DNA of 64,000 nucleotides. Source: the human T2T-CHM13v2.0 reference genome, Homo sapiens. Numbering within the stretch: position 1 is the first letter of the stretch; the number at the start of each line of letters is the position of its first letter. The notes beneath the pieces are model-generated. The model searched no databases. It saw nothing but the letters and a program-made list of their open reading frames with translations, and was not told where the DNA came from. Both the position numbers and the translations under genes were made by a program. Of the stretch, positions 35,614 through 52,685 are shown in pieces. The stretch lies in NCBI RefSeq assembly GCF_009914755.1, contig NC_060936.1; one strand, 5' to 3'.

Positions 35614-36140
35614 CAGGTTAAGTATCCTTTATCTGAAGTACTTGGGAGAAGAAGTGTTTTGGATTTTTGATTTTTTGAATTTTAGGATATTTGCATATAT
35701 GTAATGAGATATCACGAACATGGAACCCAAGTCTCAACATGAAATTTAATTATGTTTCATATACAACTTATACACATAGCCTGAAAGTAATTTTCTACAA
35801 TATTTTAAATAATTGTATGCATGAGACAAAGTTTTTAAATTTTGTTTGTTTGTTTTGTGTTTTTTAATAGAGATGTGGTCTCACTATGTTGCTCACACTG
35901 GCCTCAAATTCCTGGGCTTACGAGATTCTCCTGCCTCAGCCTCTGAAAGCACTAGGATTACAGGAGTGAGCCACTGCGCTCAGCTGAAACAAAGTTTTAA
36001 CTGCAACCAGTCACTTGAGGTCAACCAGTTACTTGAGGTGTGGAATTTTCTATTTGTGGTGTCATGTTGGTGTGCTCAAAAAGTTTCAGATTTTGGAGCA
36101 TTTCAGATTTTGGATTTTTGAATTAGGGATGCTCAACCTG
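35614..36140. mobile_element. Tigger4b (MER46B)-like, interrupted by FLAM (approx. 35840-35985, minus)
   Basis: TIRs caggttaagtatcc / gggatgctcaacctg flanked by TA. Confidence 0.85.
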
Positions 36141-36625
36141 TATATGCAGTAGAAAAAACCATCCTATATTTTAAAATTTCTCGAACATATTAACACATAT
36201 ATATTTATTATGTGCTTCGTAAGCATAAGTCAATATAGAAGACAAAAAGCGGGGAACCCAAAGAGGGTCATAGGGTACTCCTGAGAAGACACCCATCTAG
36301 AAGGGGGTTGAAGGCATCTATGCACACTGGAATAACTAACTTCACAAGTAGCAAATGCTAAATGGTAAATAAAGGGTGCAAAATAATAAACACTACAGGA
36401 GTTCCGAAGAGCAAAGCTAGGCTCACTTTCAGAAGGTACAGTCAAAAGAAGAGGAGGTGGGATTTGTGTTGAGTCTTTGAGGTGGGATTTGGAGAGGAGG
36501 TGAGTAGCATGGAGGTCATTATTTCAGATGGAGAGAATGTGCTATCCTGTCCATCCCTCACCTCCAATTGAAACTGATGACAAGGATGCAAATATGAGTC
36601 TCAGAAGATTCCATCACTTGGTTTA

Positions 36626-36958
<333 letters not shown>

Positions 36959-37379
36959 TCACCTCTCTCCATAGAAAGCTAGGAAAAAAACCATTAGGGG
37001 CAATATTAATGAACAATTTGCTACCCGCCCAGCGTTCCTCATTTCCCAGATGTGTATGTTATCAAACTGCTGAAGCTTGGTTAGGGGTAAGAACACACAT
37101 CAAACTGGCCATAGCTGAATCCACATCCTAAGGAATTCGCATGACTACAACATAAAAAGTTAAAGAAACAAGAAAACAAAGGTGGAAATACCTGTTGTTA
37201 AACTTATCTTGACATAGTTTCAGGAGTCATGTGCAGAGTTCTCAGGTTAGGGTTTACTATGACTCAAAGCCACATCTTTCCTTTAGGGTCCGGGATCATG
37301 GAACCCACCCCTACCTCTCACTGACATCTCCACCTCGATGACTCAAAGGCACCACACATTCCCTATCTCTAGAATGCAC

Positions 37380-38176
<797 letters not shown>

Positions 38177-39811
38177 TTAAAATGAGGAAAAGAAGAAGCA
38201 ATATCATCTGGTTAAAACCAAGAAGTTTGAAGAAATTCACTGGAAACATTAGTTTATTTACTGGAAGAGAAAGGGTGACTTGCATAAGGGTATTCTCTAT
38301 CAGTTTATCCTTTCTTTGAAACTGCCAACAAAATAGTCTCCCAAATGTCGTATTATAGGGCAAAGAAACACAGTGGCATTTGTGGAAAAGACATAACCCC
38401 TATAGTACTACCTGAATTTACAGAGTTTTTGAACTGTTTTCAACTGATACTCAGATTTATCTAGAATATTTCCAATCCTCTTCCTACTACAAAACAACAA
38501 ATCAACAGAAAACACCATAAAAACTTAGAACCAGCAAGTCAACAGAGATTTAGCAGTAACTTAGCTTTGAGAACGCTCGAAGTTACTTTCAAAGCCCATC
38601 TATAAAGGAGGAGACATTATAAAATTGTCAAGAGAGTTTCTCCTTTTTGGCATACCTTGACTAACAGGGTGACACACAGATTCCTGCCTGAAGTACTAGG
38701 GCTGAACTCTAAAATCCTCAACTTTTGAGTGTTTGGTTAATTGCAATCATTTACTTTCCTTGGGAATTAATAGAAACCATCTGCTTAATGATAAAGCTGA
38801 GCTCTGCAATTATTTGAGGAAAAATGTGCCACAGTCAGCACAAAAAAGCCTTATTGAGGAAGCCTGCTAGACTATGTATTTTTTTAATAATTAAAGCCAA
38901 TTGCATTCATTAATTTTAAAATGCCATTGTGATCAGCTAACTCTTTTTAAAAATTTATCAGCACCACCCTTGTTAATATGCACCTATGCAACCTTCAATT
39001 TTAAACTTACGGTAGCTTAAATAACTATAATTGTACAGATGGTTGTGATCACACATCAGAATGTTGAGGTGATCATGAGAAAAAATAAAGATGGAGAAAT
39101 AAATGTCTACTGTGAACCACATATCTGCCTTCTGGGTCTGATACCTGTGTGTAGCAGAGTTATTTTACTTCCTAGCAAACAGGAAGATTGTTGTAAGCAC
39201 TCCAAACAAACTGACTTTGAACTGGTCATCAGTCAAAGCTCCCAGTAATACTAACTGCAGTTCTGCTAGCAGATGTGGAGGGTCCCAGAAAAACAGGCAG
39301 CTTTTGTTACACAGCAGCCTGCAGAACAGGAAGAGCCAACAAAGTCCCCACTGAATGGCTGTAAATATTGATCCACCTGTAAAGAATAAGGGTGCCATCT
39401 CTGTATGATGGCAAATAAATAAAGAAGGAGGAGAGTGGAGGAAAGAGAAACACACACATTAGGGCCAATTGCTTGAAGCTGGTTTCTTCTCCCTGTGTGT
39501 GGCCCAAGGGAAGAGGAGACGTTTATTTGGACATCCTCTCTTCCAAAAGGTCGGCTGTCTGATTTTCAATGGGTCCAATGCTAGAGTCCAGTTAATTTCA
39601 TAAGCAGACACCATATAGTTATGAAGCAACTTAATAAGGATTTTGAATTTTTAAAAGCCAGTTGGTGGGAAGCAGCTGATCCACACCACCTCAACCAAAA
39701 AACAAAAAGCCCCACTATATTTCTATGATGTTTAAAACTACTACAGTCCTTAACCTACAGTATGGCATGGAAGCTAAGAAGGTGGATTTTGTCAAGTATG
39801 ACAAATACTGA

Positions 39812-40162
<351 letters not shown>

Positions 40163-40584
40163 AAGAAAGTTCCTTAATGTCACTCTACACTATTTCCTAT
40201 TTCTGTAAAATGGAGGGAATATTAATAACAGGAAACTAAGTAAGACAATGTATGAAAAGCACTTAGTCCAGAGCCCCGAACAGAGCAAGTGCTCCACAAA
40301 GGTGGGTTCTATTTGCTTTTTTATTCTTATTGTCATTACAGCCAAAGTCAGAGAATTAGCAATAAAGTCTCAGGAATCACCAATGGGGGTCCCATCGTCA
40401 GAAGGAAGGCATCTCCTCTCTTCTTTCCAGAGGGACTTGAGGGAGGAAGTTAAGAGTTGGGCACAGAGCGCTGTGAGTAGTAGTAGCAAGCAGCACTTGT
40501 ATTAGGAACGTATGTAAAGACCCTGTTTTAAATTGGAGTAAACACAATCACATTTCTGACAAATAGGGAAGTGGTCTCTTAGAA

Positions 40585-40897
40585 TGGCCGTCCCCAATCT
40601 TTTTGGCACCAGGGACCCGTTTCATGGAAGACACGGAGGTGGAGTGGGAGTGGATGTTTTCATCAGGCAATAGATCCTCATAAGAAGCGCGCAATCTAGG
40701 GAGGTTAGATCCCTCTCCTGCGCGGTTCACAATAGAGTTTGAGCTCCTCTGAGAATCTAATGCTGCAACGGATCTGACAGGAGGTGGAGCTCAGGCTGTA
40801 TTGCTCGCTGGCCGGCGGCTCACCTCCTGCTGTGCGGCCCGGTTCCTAACAGGACAAGGACTGGTACTGGTCTTTGGCCTGGGGGTGGGGACCCCTG
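40585..40897. mobile_element. MER1B (hAT-Charlie)
   Basis: gtccccaatctttttggcaccagggacc...ggggacccctg; perfect 8-bp TSD tcttagaa. Confidence 0.9.
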
Positions 40898-40955
40898 TCT
40901 TAGAATATGAATATTTATGTGTCATCCCCAGGTTCTTAAATTTTTTTTTTTTCTC

Positions 40956-41288
<333 letters not shown>

Positions 41289-41299
41289 TTACTGAAAGG

Positions 41300-41615
41300 C
41301 AAATTGGCTCTAGAATCAGGGGGTGGGTGGGGCGGGGGGGGTCTGAGTGTCCCTCCTATTCCATCATTGCCCAGGGTAACGTCACCTTGGGCAAGTTACT
41401 TAACCTCTCTAAGCTTCAGTTTCCTCATCTGTAAAATACAGATAATAGCAGGCACTCTGAATGTGATGGAGGGAGTGGTACTCTAGCAAGTTAAGACAAT
41501 GGCTTGTAGGGTCGCACTGCTGGGGTTCAAGTCTGGTTCTGCTGCTTACACCAGGTGACCTGCAGCAAATCACTGAACATCTGCCTCAGTTCTCTCCTTT
41601 AAAAACTGGAGACAA
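41300..41615 (+). mobile_element. Two MIR fragments
   Basis: ccttgggcaagttacttaacctctctaagcttcagtttcctcatctgtaaaat and a second core. Confidence 0.8.
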
Positions 41616-41617
41616 AT

Positions 41618-41980
<363 letters not shown>

Positions 41981-42779
41981 TTAAATAAGCTGATACTATA
42001 CAGGGTCTTAAAACAATTCATTTTGTTTATTGTTGTGAAGATTAAAAGAAAGAACGCATGTAAGTCTTGATATGTTATGTGCTCATTACATAGTGTTCCT
42101 CATTCTTATTGTAAAGGAAATAGAAAATACAAATGACTAAAAAAAGGAAAAAGTAAAATAACCCATAATTTTACATTGAAAACTTAGAATTCAGCAAAGC
42201 CGTATACAAATGACCAAAATGGTAGTTGGAGAAAAATTCTATTTCCAAGAAAACTATGGCCATTGATTTCCCTCGTTATCTTTTTAAAAGGAGATGGAAT
42301 AGACACTGATGTCTTCCAAAGGTGGGAGATGACTTTTGTATTTCCCTTTTAGACTCGTTTGCAGTTTACAAGTTACTCAAAGGGCGAACTGGAAACCTGT
42401 GAGGAAGAAAAGCATCACAAGAGGTGAGGCAAATTCTTGCTAGAAAAAAAGGAAGTTTCAAGTTTAAAAAAGGACTTTTAACCAAACCCAAGAGAATAAA
42501 GGAGTGAATTTGCTAATGCCAGCAAAGCCCAATTCTCTTCGTGGTGAAGGTTATAAAACACAGAACTTTCCCACTAAAACCGAGGCTCACGTTCTCTTCA
42601 CCAACTCTTTCCCTAAGGTACTGGGCAACAAGATGAAAATTCCTCTAGTTTAAATAAAACAAAATGGACTAGAACTTATTTTTTTTTTTTTTCTTACACG
42701 AGTACCTCACTAGGTAGTGCAATATGGACACTTAGATGGGATGGTTCATTTAAGTGTTGCTTTGGGTGGGTAGCTATCA

Positions 42780-43121
<342 letters not shown>

Positions 43122-44149
43122 GCAGTAATTTCTGTTAGACTACAGAGGAAAATGGAATAGACTTGGCCCAACTATTTTGGGGTTAAATAGTATTATTGTG
43201 GTTATAGATGCGAAAAACAATAATCTTTATGTAAGAGTATAAAATCAGTTTAGCAATGTTTCTTTTCATTGCTTTTCTTATTCCCACCTTTAAAATTTAA
43301 AACCTTTCACAACATATATTTACCTGAGTATTACATACCCATAATTAGCTTTTTCTTATAAGGGAACACAAAGATCATTATTTCAATGTTTTGTTGAGTT
43401 TCAAATGACACAGAGCTCAGAGTTGAAAATGTTCTCATTATGGCTTTTTATAGCTTAACACAAAATTTTGAGATAGAACAAATGGGTATTTGTAAGGTAT
43501 AATACATTCTAAATATTTTAACAATTAATAAAGGTAACAGTAAAAAATAGCTGTTAAAAAAGCATCCCCCTAGAATCCTTCTAGAATGGCCATTATTTCT
43601 GCATAGCATTTTCTTTATATACCACTTGGTTGTTCAGCATTAGCAATAACCTCACTCCTAACCCAAGTGCATATAAACCTTCTATTATTCTAAGGGCCCA
43701 GAGAGTAAAAAGAATTATGCCTTTCACTATTTAATCACCAAATTTGATTTTCTTTACAAGTAGCCTGAGGTTAGGTCTGTAACATTATGTATCTCTTAAT
43801 TCCACTTTGAAGGTAAGCAAACATTTACCACCTCACTCAGTTGCTAAATACAATCCATATTATTTTCTGTAATTCAGGCATAAAGTCCTATTGATTATGT
43901 GCAAGTGGCCACTTACTAGGTTGCCTTAAGCAATTGATTGTTGAATTTGCTGAATGAGCGTCTCTGGCCTTGAGAGAAGCAAAAAGCTACAGACTTCATT
44001 ACAACCCTCTCCCTGCATAAAGGGTTTCAATGTTTCCCAGGCCCAAGGATGACGCCTCAAATGTTTGTGAGGCCAGCAAGACCCTGGAAGACCTGGCTCC
44101 TCCCCTTTGCCCCATTCCATCACAAGACATGATCATCTTTGTTCTTTCT

Positions 44150-44370
44150 AATAACAACCACCACCATGACCATCACCACAATAATATCTATACATGGCCT
44201 AAGTATTTTATACAATTCATTTAATCATAGAATCCCACCCTGTAAGGGAGGGATTATTATCCTCACTTTATAGAGGAGCTTCACTGATTTGCTGGAGATC
44301 ATGCAGCTACTATCTAAGCGTCATGGCCAGGGGTCAAACACAGGCTCTTGAGCTCCAGGCCTGTGCTCTT
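44150..44370 (-). mobile_element. MIR
   Basis: tcatttaatc...accctgtaagggagggattattatcctcactttatagaggag. Confidence 0.7.
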
Positions 44371-44787
44371 GGATCTAGATCCTTATTCAGAAATAGGATC
44401 CAGTACGAAGTAGGGACCTTAATGAATCTTTATTAAGTGACTGAACAAATGAGTTTTATAATTAGTCAAGAAGTTTATATAGTCAAGTTTATAATTAGTC
44501 AAGAAGTTTACATAGCCAATACCCAACTTCTTGACTTTCCAATATATGTACATGCCTGATGGGGTGCAAAGAAGGATTAAAATGGATAATGCAAAGATAT
44601 GGGTTTTGCAAAATTGAATGTTCTTCACCAGTAGTTTTTATGCTTTGCTCAACAATTATTTCTGAGCACCTACAATGTGCCAGGCACCCAGACTAGAATA
44701 AGACACTGCCCTGCCTTCAGAGTTTATGGCTTAGTTTAGGACAAAGACCAAGGAATGAACCTTTATTTTGTTAAAACAAAATTTCTG

Positions 44788-44905
44788 TTTTTTTTTTTTT
44801 AAAGAGGCAGGTTCTTACCATCTTGCCCTGGTCTAGCACTCCTGGGCTCAAGTGATCCTCCTACCGCAGCCTCTCAAGTGGCTGGGACTACCACCTTGCC
44901 TGGCT
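44788..44905 (-). mobile_element. FLAM (degenerate)
   Basis: Antisense monomer. Confidence 0.8.
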
Positions 44906-47164
44906 CAAGGCCTTTACTTTCTACCAGAGTGGTGACTGGTACATGGAGTGACTGGTACATTGAGTGCTACCCAATGACAGGAAGATATGCACCTAGCTAA
45001 AATAATGGTTGAAGGCTTTTAAAATAAAGTCAGTTTATTCAATACATATGCATTATCCTTTAAGCTTTTGTGGACTGGCTTGGGGACAGTGCCTGGACGG
45101 AGAAGCAACTCACTTAAGTGTCTGTTAAATAGATGAAAGAAGGGCCAAATGAAGGAAGCAAGCTAACCCTATCTGGTTACATCGTTTGGGAAAACGCATT
45201 TCACATTCTAAATAACTTGCCAGCTCAAGTAGCTCAATTTGTGTACAAGAGCAGCAGATAATCTCTAGTTTGCATCGTCCCTCCCCAACATATGCTTCCC
45301 TGAAAATTTGGGGTGGGGGGAATCAGTAATCAAAGTAACAAACAGAACTCCTCTCTTCCTTTCTGAAAATGCTCTATTTTTAAAAGATGTCCATGTTTGT
45401 TCATTTAAAAGTTGCTTTAGGAGTTAGAAAAGGCCTGGATCTATCCCTATGTTATCCATCATGCACAATGCATGGAAGACTTGAGTGATTACAATTCTGA
45501 GGTTTCTGTGGGAGTCATCTTGTTTTTATAAAACTGGCAAATCAAATTTTAGGTTTCATGACTGTTTTATGTAACCATGCAGAGTTTTTCTCTCTCTCTG
45601 TGTAAAAGGCTCCTCAAACACACACTAAGCTACTCATTCCAGAATCATCACAATCTTTTCAATCAAAAAGTGAACAGCTTTGACATTTTAAAATAAGAGA
45701 CTGTTGCTTTCAGAATTTGATTAGACTATTCTAATAGCAGGCTAGAGTCATTAAAATTGGCTTTTAGAGAGACACTTCACGTGCTTAGTAATTGGCACAT
45801 CGGAGTGATGACAGCCTCCAAATCAGGCTTCCGAGTAAGTCAGTCTTTATCTAGTTGTCTTTAAAACTGGATAAAGGCATGTCTACACAAAAGCCACCTA
45901 CTAGAAATGTGTTTCAATATTGTTTAACCACTCATACTATGTACCTTTATAACAAGCTGGTGCTATTTTACATAAATAAAATGTAATACTTACACCTTAG
46001 ATCAATGTATACATATTCTCATATAAGAAATATAAAAGATTTTCTGTGAAATATTCGTGCTACCGTAATTCAAAAGTAACACACAAAATGAATTTAATAA
46101 ACCTCCTCTTTGTCCATTATTACCATGAAGGGTGTAAAAGGGAGGCAACAACCAATCATTTGTTAATGGTTTGGTAGAGAAATGCCAGGTTAATTAAAAC
46201 AACAACAAAAAAGGCACAATGTTTCCTAAGATTTACTACCATTTTATGGAAGGGCAAACTTTCTTTAAAATTCCAGATGTGAAACTGCCTTAGGAAAATT
46301 CCGATGCTGTTGTGGAAAATGCAGTGAAGGTCTCCAACAGGACCCTGCTTGCCTGGGTCCCCCAGCTGGCTTTACCATGGGCCAGTGGATGCCAGCCGTG
46401 AGTGAACACCGGACCACAAGCTCGCTGTCTTTGAGCTACTAAACTACAAAGCAACACTTTCTTTTAAAAGTCTTCTAGAGAAAGTAATAAAGTGCTATTT
46501 CTTGGCTTTAATGACCTTATTTTCTTTTAAAGAACTTTGTTTTTCTGCAGAGGAGCTAGAGCTGAAAAGCATGGTTGATATTGTATAAAACTCAGCAAAT
46601 GAGCACTACAATGAGAAAGTAAATGACACTGTTCAAAGAGCAAGTATATGGAATTAGTTAATTTTTCTTAGTCAATCAAATAGCAAACAGGCAGAGATTA
46701 AAAAAAGAACAGCTAATATTTAACCAGGTGAACCAAATCGCATGATTGTATAAATTTTTCATTTGCAACAAGTCCTAGCTTTCAGGCTGCAATATACAGT
46801 GTAGATTTCTGTAGAAAATTAGGAAGTTGGATTACTAAGGAGTTCGAAAAAGGAGCCCTTCTACTTCTAAAAAGAAAATCAAAGGACAATGAGCTCAGGC
46901 CTCTTGTGAAGGGCTAGACATGCATCAGAATTCCTACAAAGAAATCACTTTTTCTTCCTTGTCCCTACTATCATATCTCATTTCAAACTGTTTCCTGGTG
47001 GCTTTTAGAAAACATTAACCTATATAAGCCATTTGAACTGTCAGAGACCTTAAATTCAGAAGAGCTATTTTGATGTCAAGATGCTTAACTGCACCTTCCT
47101 AATTAACATGTACCAAAGTAAAGCCCACTCAAGACTTGCCATGCTAACAGAAATATCCTAGTTT

Positions 47165-47384
47165 CTCTTTTTAAGTTTTTAAAAAACTTTCTCAGAGACA
47201 GGGTCTTGCTCTGTTGCCCAGGCTGGAGTGCAGTGGTGCGATCATAGATCACTATAGCATCAGACTTTTGGGCTCAAGCGATCCTCCCACCTCAGCCTCT
47301 CAAGTACCTGTTACTACAGGCACGTGCCACCATGCCCAGCAAATTTTTAAAAAACACAAATGTATATATATATGTGTGTGTTTA

Positions 47385-47423
<39 letters not shown>

Positions 47424-47562
47424 TTTTTTTTTTGGGGGGGGTAGAGATGGGGGCCTCATTATATTGCCCAGCCTGATCTGGAACTCCTGGGCTCAAGCAA
47501 ACCTCTTGCCTTGTCTTCCCAAAGCATTGGGATTACAGGTGTGAGCCACTGCACCTGGTCTG
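47165..47562 (-). mobile_element. AluJ with a (TA)/(TG) compound microsatellite in its linker
   Basis: J-type text; 47361-47422 is alternating purine-pyrimidine. Confidence 0.9.
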
Positions 47563-47900
47563 GTCTCTCTTAAATACAGGCAACTGACCTACCCCTTGGC
47601 TCTGGTATTGATGCTCCCTGATTTGATTGATTAAACATGTCTTTATCAAGTTCTCACAATGGGGGAACTTACATTCCAGGTGTGAAGTTTGGAGCCTGTG
47701 CTGAAGGGTTTTTTATATGATACACAAATTATAGGCAAATGAAACAATCCTATCATGTTCCCTAAACATTATTTCACAAAATTAATGTGCTAACCAATAG
47801 CTCTCTGTACACTGGAAGGAAACGAACAGGAACCAGCTCTTCAAACTTAAGGTAAAGTATTAAAATTTAGATATCACAGATAATTGGGAAATCTCCTTTA

Positions 47901-48352
<452 letters not shown>

Positions 48353-48552
48353 TAGCATTTATTATTTCTATATTTTATTCTGGACTAGGCAGGTATTTAC
48401 TTTTGTGCTTTGCCATGGCTGAAACCAGTATCCCCAACCCTATCTCACATATGGCTCTTACTATTCACAACTAAGGTTAGACAAGGGTGGATGTGCATCT
48501 AATTCTAGAAAAAAAATCATCCCTTAAGCTTGGCAGGTCAAAAGCCCATCTT

Positions 48553-48554
<2 letters not shown>

Positions 48555-48598
<44 letters not shown>
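48555..48598. repeat. (CA)n microsatellite
   Basis: About 22 CA units. Confidence 0.97.
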
Positions 48599-48601
<3 letters not shown>

Positions 48602-49658
48602 CAAAAAACACATGCTCTATTGGGAATTCTTATAATGTAATCATGCTGTTAACTTTGGTTAATAACATAAAAATTATTAATAGAGTCCTATCCTCAAAAA
48701 GAACAAAAATGTCTTACAGGATTTGTGATGCCTGAAATGCTATAAATCTCTGAGGACAGGTTATATCCTTCCCTCTTCCTTGAGGCATTTGTCACAATTC
48801 CAGACAAGATTAAAAAGAGATAAGCCTCAGAAACTTTTGAAGATATTAGAAAAATCATGTTAGGGAAGTGACTTAGAGGTTAGACTTCAACAAACCAACA
48901 CCCTTCAAATGTCTACCACTAATAATAAACTGTCATCTGCTACAGCAAGATGGTGGAGACTGAGCCAACAAGGGACTTATATTTAGTAATAACCTTTATT
49001 CTCTTTTCCCTTTGTTGTGTGTGTTGCAAGCGAAAGATCTATTTTTAAAAATAACACAATAGAAAAGTAGCAAGTAGACAATGGCATTTTTCACTAATAG
49101 ACCTTTCTAACCACTCCACATCACTTTTCTGACCTTCTTTCTTCTACCAAACTTTCTGATTACTCCACCCAAGTTTTTCTCTTAAATACTATTTTTTCTA
49201 CTCCATTCAACTTGTAAGTTTTGTAACAGTTATAGAATTGCTTACTGATGGCATTTATCTTCTATGAATATGTGTTTTCAAATGTGTTATTTACTGTAGA
49301 AAGGTTTATTCTGTCCAAGAATGTATAAACTAATTCTGTTCAAATTTAAAGATTAGATTTTTTAAGGCTCAAAATAGTTTTTAATTACAGGTTAATATGT
49401 CTGTTACAAATCCTCACCAGAGACTTTTTCAGAGTAGACAATGAAATGTATTTTATTTTCCATTTTAGATGTCAATTTTTAATGAAAATGACTCAATGCT
49501 TACACACAGTAACCATGAAATATTTGTGTACAGTTAACTATGAAAAGTCATGTCTAAGGCTGGCAAGGCATATTCCCAATTAAAAATCACACTGACAATT
49601 TGCCAGTCATTGAGCTCCCATCTTACGGCTACTCCAAAGAAAATAAGCGAAAATATGA

Positions 49659-49988
<330 letters not shown>

Positions 49989-50687
49989 TCCCACCCATTT
50001 TCAAATCAGTCAAAAGGCAAAGATATCTTATTGTTTGTGCAGTAGAAAATTAAAGTATATATGCTAACATGGTAATAGTACAAAAGGAATGATTAGGACA
50101 GGGAAGGAAACCTGACTAGAGATTGTGAAAAAGATAATGAAACTCAATTCAAGGATGTAAAAATATTAATAAACATTTTTAAAAAGGCAGAGTTAAAATA
50201 TATTATTTACATATTAGAACTAAAGGAAGGTAAGAAAAGTTGCAGATGTATTGAAAGCAGCTGATAAAGTACTACTGAAAATACCAAAACACAGCATCTC
50301 TGGAAGAGACCTTAAAAATAAGAAAAAATTAAAACTAAAAATGGAAGAAATGAGAAATGATTAACTGTAAGAAAAAAACTGAAGATGTGAAGATTCAATA
50401 ATAAGTAGACAAGGAAGAACCAAAGCAAGGCAAAAGACCTGCAGACAGATGCACAAAGAAAATTTAAACATCAACTATGTATTGTGAGGAAGAGATGTGA
50501 ATATTATCTGAAGAGTGGCTTCAATATCCTAAATCACAGAAGGAAAAGAAAAAAATTGTATAACAGTGGAAGAAACTGTACTGCTAAGACAGTTTATTAC
50601 TGCCCAGAAACACTGGGCAGTAATAAAGACATAGCTTACATTCAAGTTTTGGCAGATTTAATTTAAAAATTTAAATTGTGATCAGGG

Positions 50688-50973
50688 GGCCGGGTGCGGT
50701 GGCTCACACCTGTAATCTCAGCACTTTGGGAGGCCGAGGCGGGCCTGAGGTCAGGAGTTCGAGACCAGCCTGGCCCACATGGTGAAACCCTGTCTCTACT
50801 AAGAATACAAAAATTAGCTGGGTGTGGTGGCGGGTGCCTGTAATCTCAGCTACACAGGAGGCTGAGGCAGGAGAATTGCTAGAGTCCGGGAGACGGAGGT
50901 TGCAGTGAACCGAGATCATGCCAATGTACTCCAGCCTGCCCAACAGAGCAAGACTCTGTCTCAAAAAAAAAAA
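50688..50973 (+). mobile_element. Alu (AluSx)
   Basis: Sense Alu with a small deletion near 50744. Confidence 0.94.
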
Positions 50974-51197
50974 ATTTTTTTTGAACAGGACAATTTTATG
51001 GTTCTGGATAAAGAGCTAACTGACTGCCACAAACAAAAACTTGCCTGTGGCAAGCAAAATTCCAGCAGGACGAGAAAGAAGAATATTAATTTATTTTTTC
51101 TCAAACTACATACATACTGGAGTATTTTTTAAATGTTTAATTATCATGGGTATATGAATGTTGCACAATATTGGAGTTTTTAAAAAAAAAATCTTTT

Positions 51198-51562
<365 letters not shown>

Positions 51563-51585
51563 TTAATATTTAAATAGAGTACAGA

Positions 51586-51685
51586 CAGGGAGAGTATACG
51601 ATTTGTCATGCAAAACAGGACATTTTTCGAGTACAATGGGTACAGTTAATGATTATGTTGGGATAATGGGCACAAACCAGAATGT
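51586..51685 (+). mobile_element. MER81-like
   Basis: atttgtcatgcaaaacaggacattttt...aatgattatgttgggataatgggcacaaaccag. Confidence 0.55.
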
Positions 51686-51757
51686 AATTTCTAAAGTGAA
51701 ATATCATCAAAAAAACTTATGCCATCCTTCTCCCACTATGAAAAATGTCTCTCTCCA

Positions 51758-52034
51758 GCCAAGTGCAGTGGTTCACGCTTGTAACCCCAGCACTTTGGGA
51801 GGCCGAGGTGGGCAGATCACAAGGTCAAGAGATTGAGAACATCCTGGCCAACATGGTGAAACCCCGTCTCTACTAAAAGTACAAAAAAATTAGCTGGTGT
51901 GGTGGTGTGCACCTGTAGTCCCAGCTACTTGGGAGGCTGAGGCAGGAGAATCGTGAACCCGGGAGGTGGAGGTTGCAGTGAGCCAAGATCACGCCACTGC
52001 ACTCCAGCTTGGCAACAGAGGGAGACTCTGTCTA

Positions 52035-52067
<33 letters not shown>

Positions 52068-52075
52068 AAGAAAAA
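51758..52075 (+). mobile_element. Alu (AluSc-like)
   Basis: aaggtcaagagattgag diagnostic. Confidence 0.93.
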
Positions 52076-52109
52076 GGTCTCTTTCCAAAACACTATTGAA
52101 ATCTTTCTT

Positions 52110-52434
<325 letters not shown>

Positions 52435-52685
52435 TTAAATTCTAGGAATACCAACATTTCTCAAATTTCACTGAGGTATTTGACTAAATATCTTTGGAAG
52501 ACTTAGTTCTAAAAGAATGTAGTTATTATTATTTTTTGGGGTCAATCTCAGAATTATTTGGATTCCTAAGTCCTAGTAGAATGTAAACAAAAGCAAAAGG
52601 ATATGCTTACTGTGGTGTATCCAGATGTAGAGCTCAACACCACCGGTAATAAAGAACAGTAACTCAATTATTGCAAAAGGGATTA

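Noticed and set aside
44030-44224. ORF with a His/Asn run
   Set aside because: The run derives from a simple-repeat MIR tail
50030-50600. A-rich stretch resembling a degenerate L1 5'/ORF1 region
   Set aside because: Too diverged to assign by eye, so not listed as a feature
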